Assembly: GCF_009914755.1 (NCBI RefSeq)
Contig: NC_060927.1
Reading direction: 5' to 3' (one strand)
From: the human T2T-CHM13v2.0 reference genome, Homo sapiens
Length of the DNA stretch: 64,000 nucleotides
Position numbers and translations under genes: made by a program. Within the stretch, counting starts at the first letter, position 1, and each line of letters begins with the position of its first letter. Of this stretch, positions 63,201 through 64,000 are shown piece by piece. The notes below the pieces were generated by a model. It was not told the DNA's origin and did not search any database. It saw only the letters and a list, made by a program, of their open reading frames with translations.

Positions 63201-63538
63201 TCATGTTAGGGCCACAGATATGAATTACTGCCCTACTATTCTCTATAGGTATCTATTTTTATTCCAGTTTGTTTATTTTAGCATTGTGCTAACGTTGTAT
63301 ATTCAAACTACATTTGAATTTTCCTTGTGAACATACGGTGGAGTCCACCCTACTGTAAGTGTTGATGATTGAAATAAAATCATGTGGACATTTTTGCTTA
63401 AAATTATCCTTGAAAAATACGTAGGATACAATCCCCTTTCCTCTAGCTTTGGGACTAATCACAATTTATTGGTTGAGCACCAGAAGCAGCAACTGGCTTT
63501 TAACTGGGGCCATGCTGAATAAAATATAGGTATCTTTA

Positions 63539-63837
63539 TTTATTTTATTATTATCTTTTGAGACACAGTCTCTCTCTGTCACCCAGGCTGGAGTGCAGTG
63601 GCACGATCTCACTGTAACCTCTGCCTCCCGGGTTCAAGCGATTCTCCTATCTCAGCCTCCTGAGTAGCTGGGATTACAGGCACCTGCTACCAAGCCCAGC
63701 TAATTTTTGTATTGTTAGTAGAGACTGGGTTTCACCAGGTTGGCCTGGCTGGGCTCGAACTCTTGACCTCAAGTGATCCGCCTGCCTCAGCCTCCCAAAG
63801 TGCTGGGATTACAGGTGTGAGCCACCACCCACCGGCC
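63539..63837 (-). mobile_element. AluS
   Basis: TSD AAATAT(A/G)GGTATCTTTA. Confidence 0.96.
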
Positions 63838-64000
63838 AAATATGGGTATCTTTAAACAGTAAAATCAACAAGGTAAGAGCACTCCATGAAAAGCAGGTAA
63901 AGATGTGAGAACTAGTGTGGGCCAGGAGGTTCAGGTCTTGCATCTCCACTCACAAGAATCCTGGTGGAGAGGATCACCATTTAAATTTAAATTGTTGCCT

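Overview
Primate (catarrhine, human-like; species not determinable from the sequence alone) non-coding DNA, intronic or intergenic. I found no credible protein-coding exon, tRNA, rRNA, CRISPR array or CpG island. Most ORF-track entries are translations of Alu or L1 sequence or chance ORFs. The window holds 39 Alu-family copies (about 18% of its length; J, S and Y lineages), L1 fragments (including a 5'-inverted L1PA), ERVL-MaLR/ERVL solo LTRs, DNA-transposon fossils, many MIR/L2 relics, a 37-bp minisatellite and a ~300-bp purine microsatellite. Repeat subfamily names come from recalled consensus motifs and need Dfam/RepeatMasker confirmation. I do not see a convincing new biological system. 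The best leads are: a repeat-free, CpG-retaining island at ~25.3-27.6 kb with splice signals on both strands and a duplicated hairpin; a chain of minus-strand non-coding exon candidates; a minisatellite carrying forkhead and homeodomain motifs; and clear mechanistic scars of retrotransposition and template switching.
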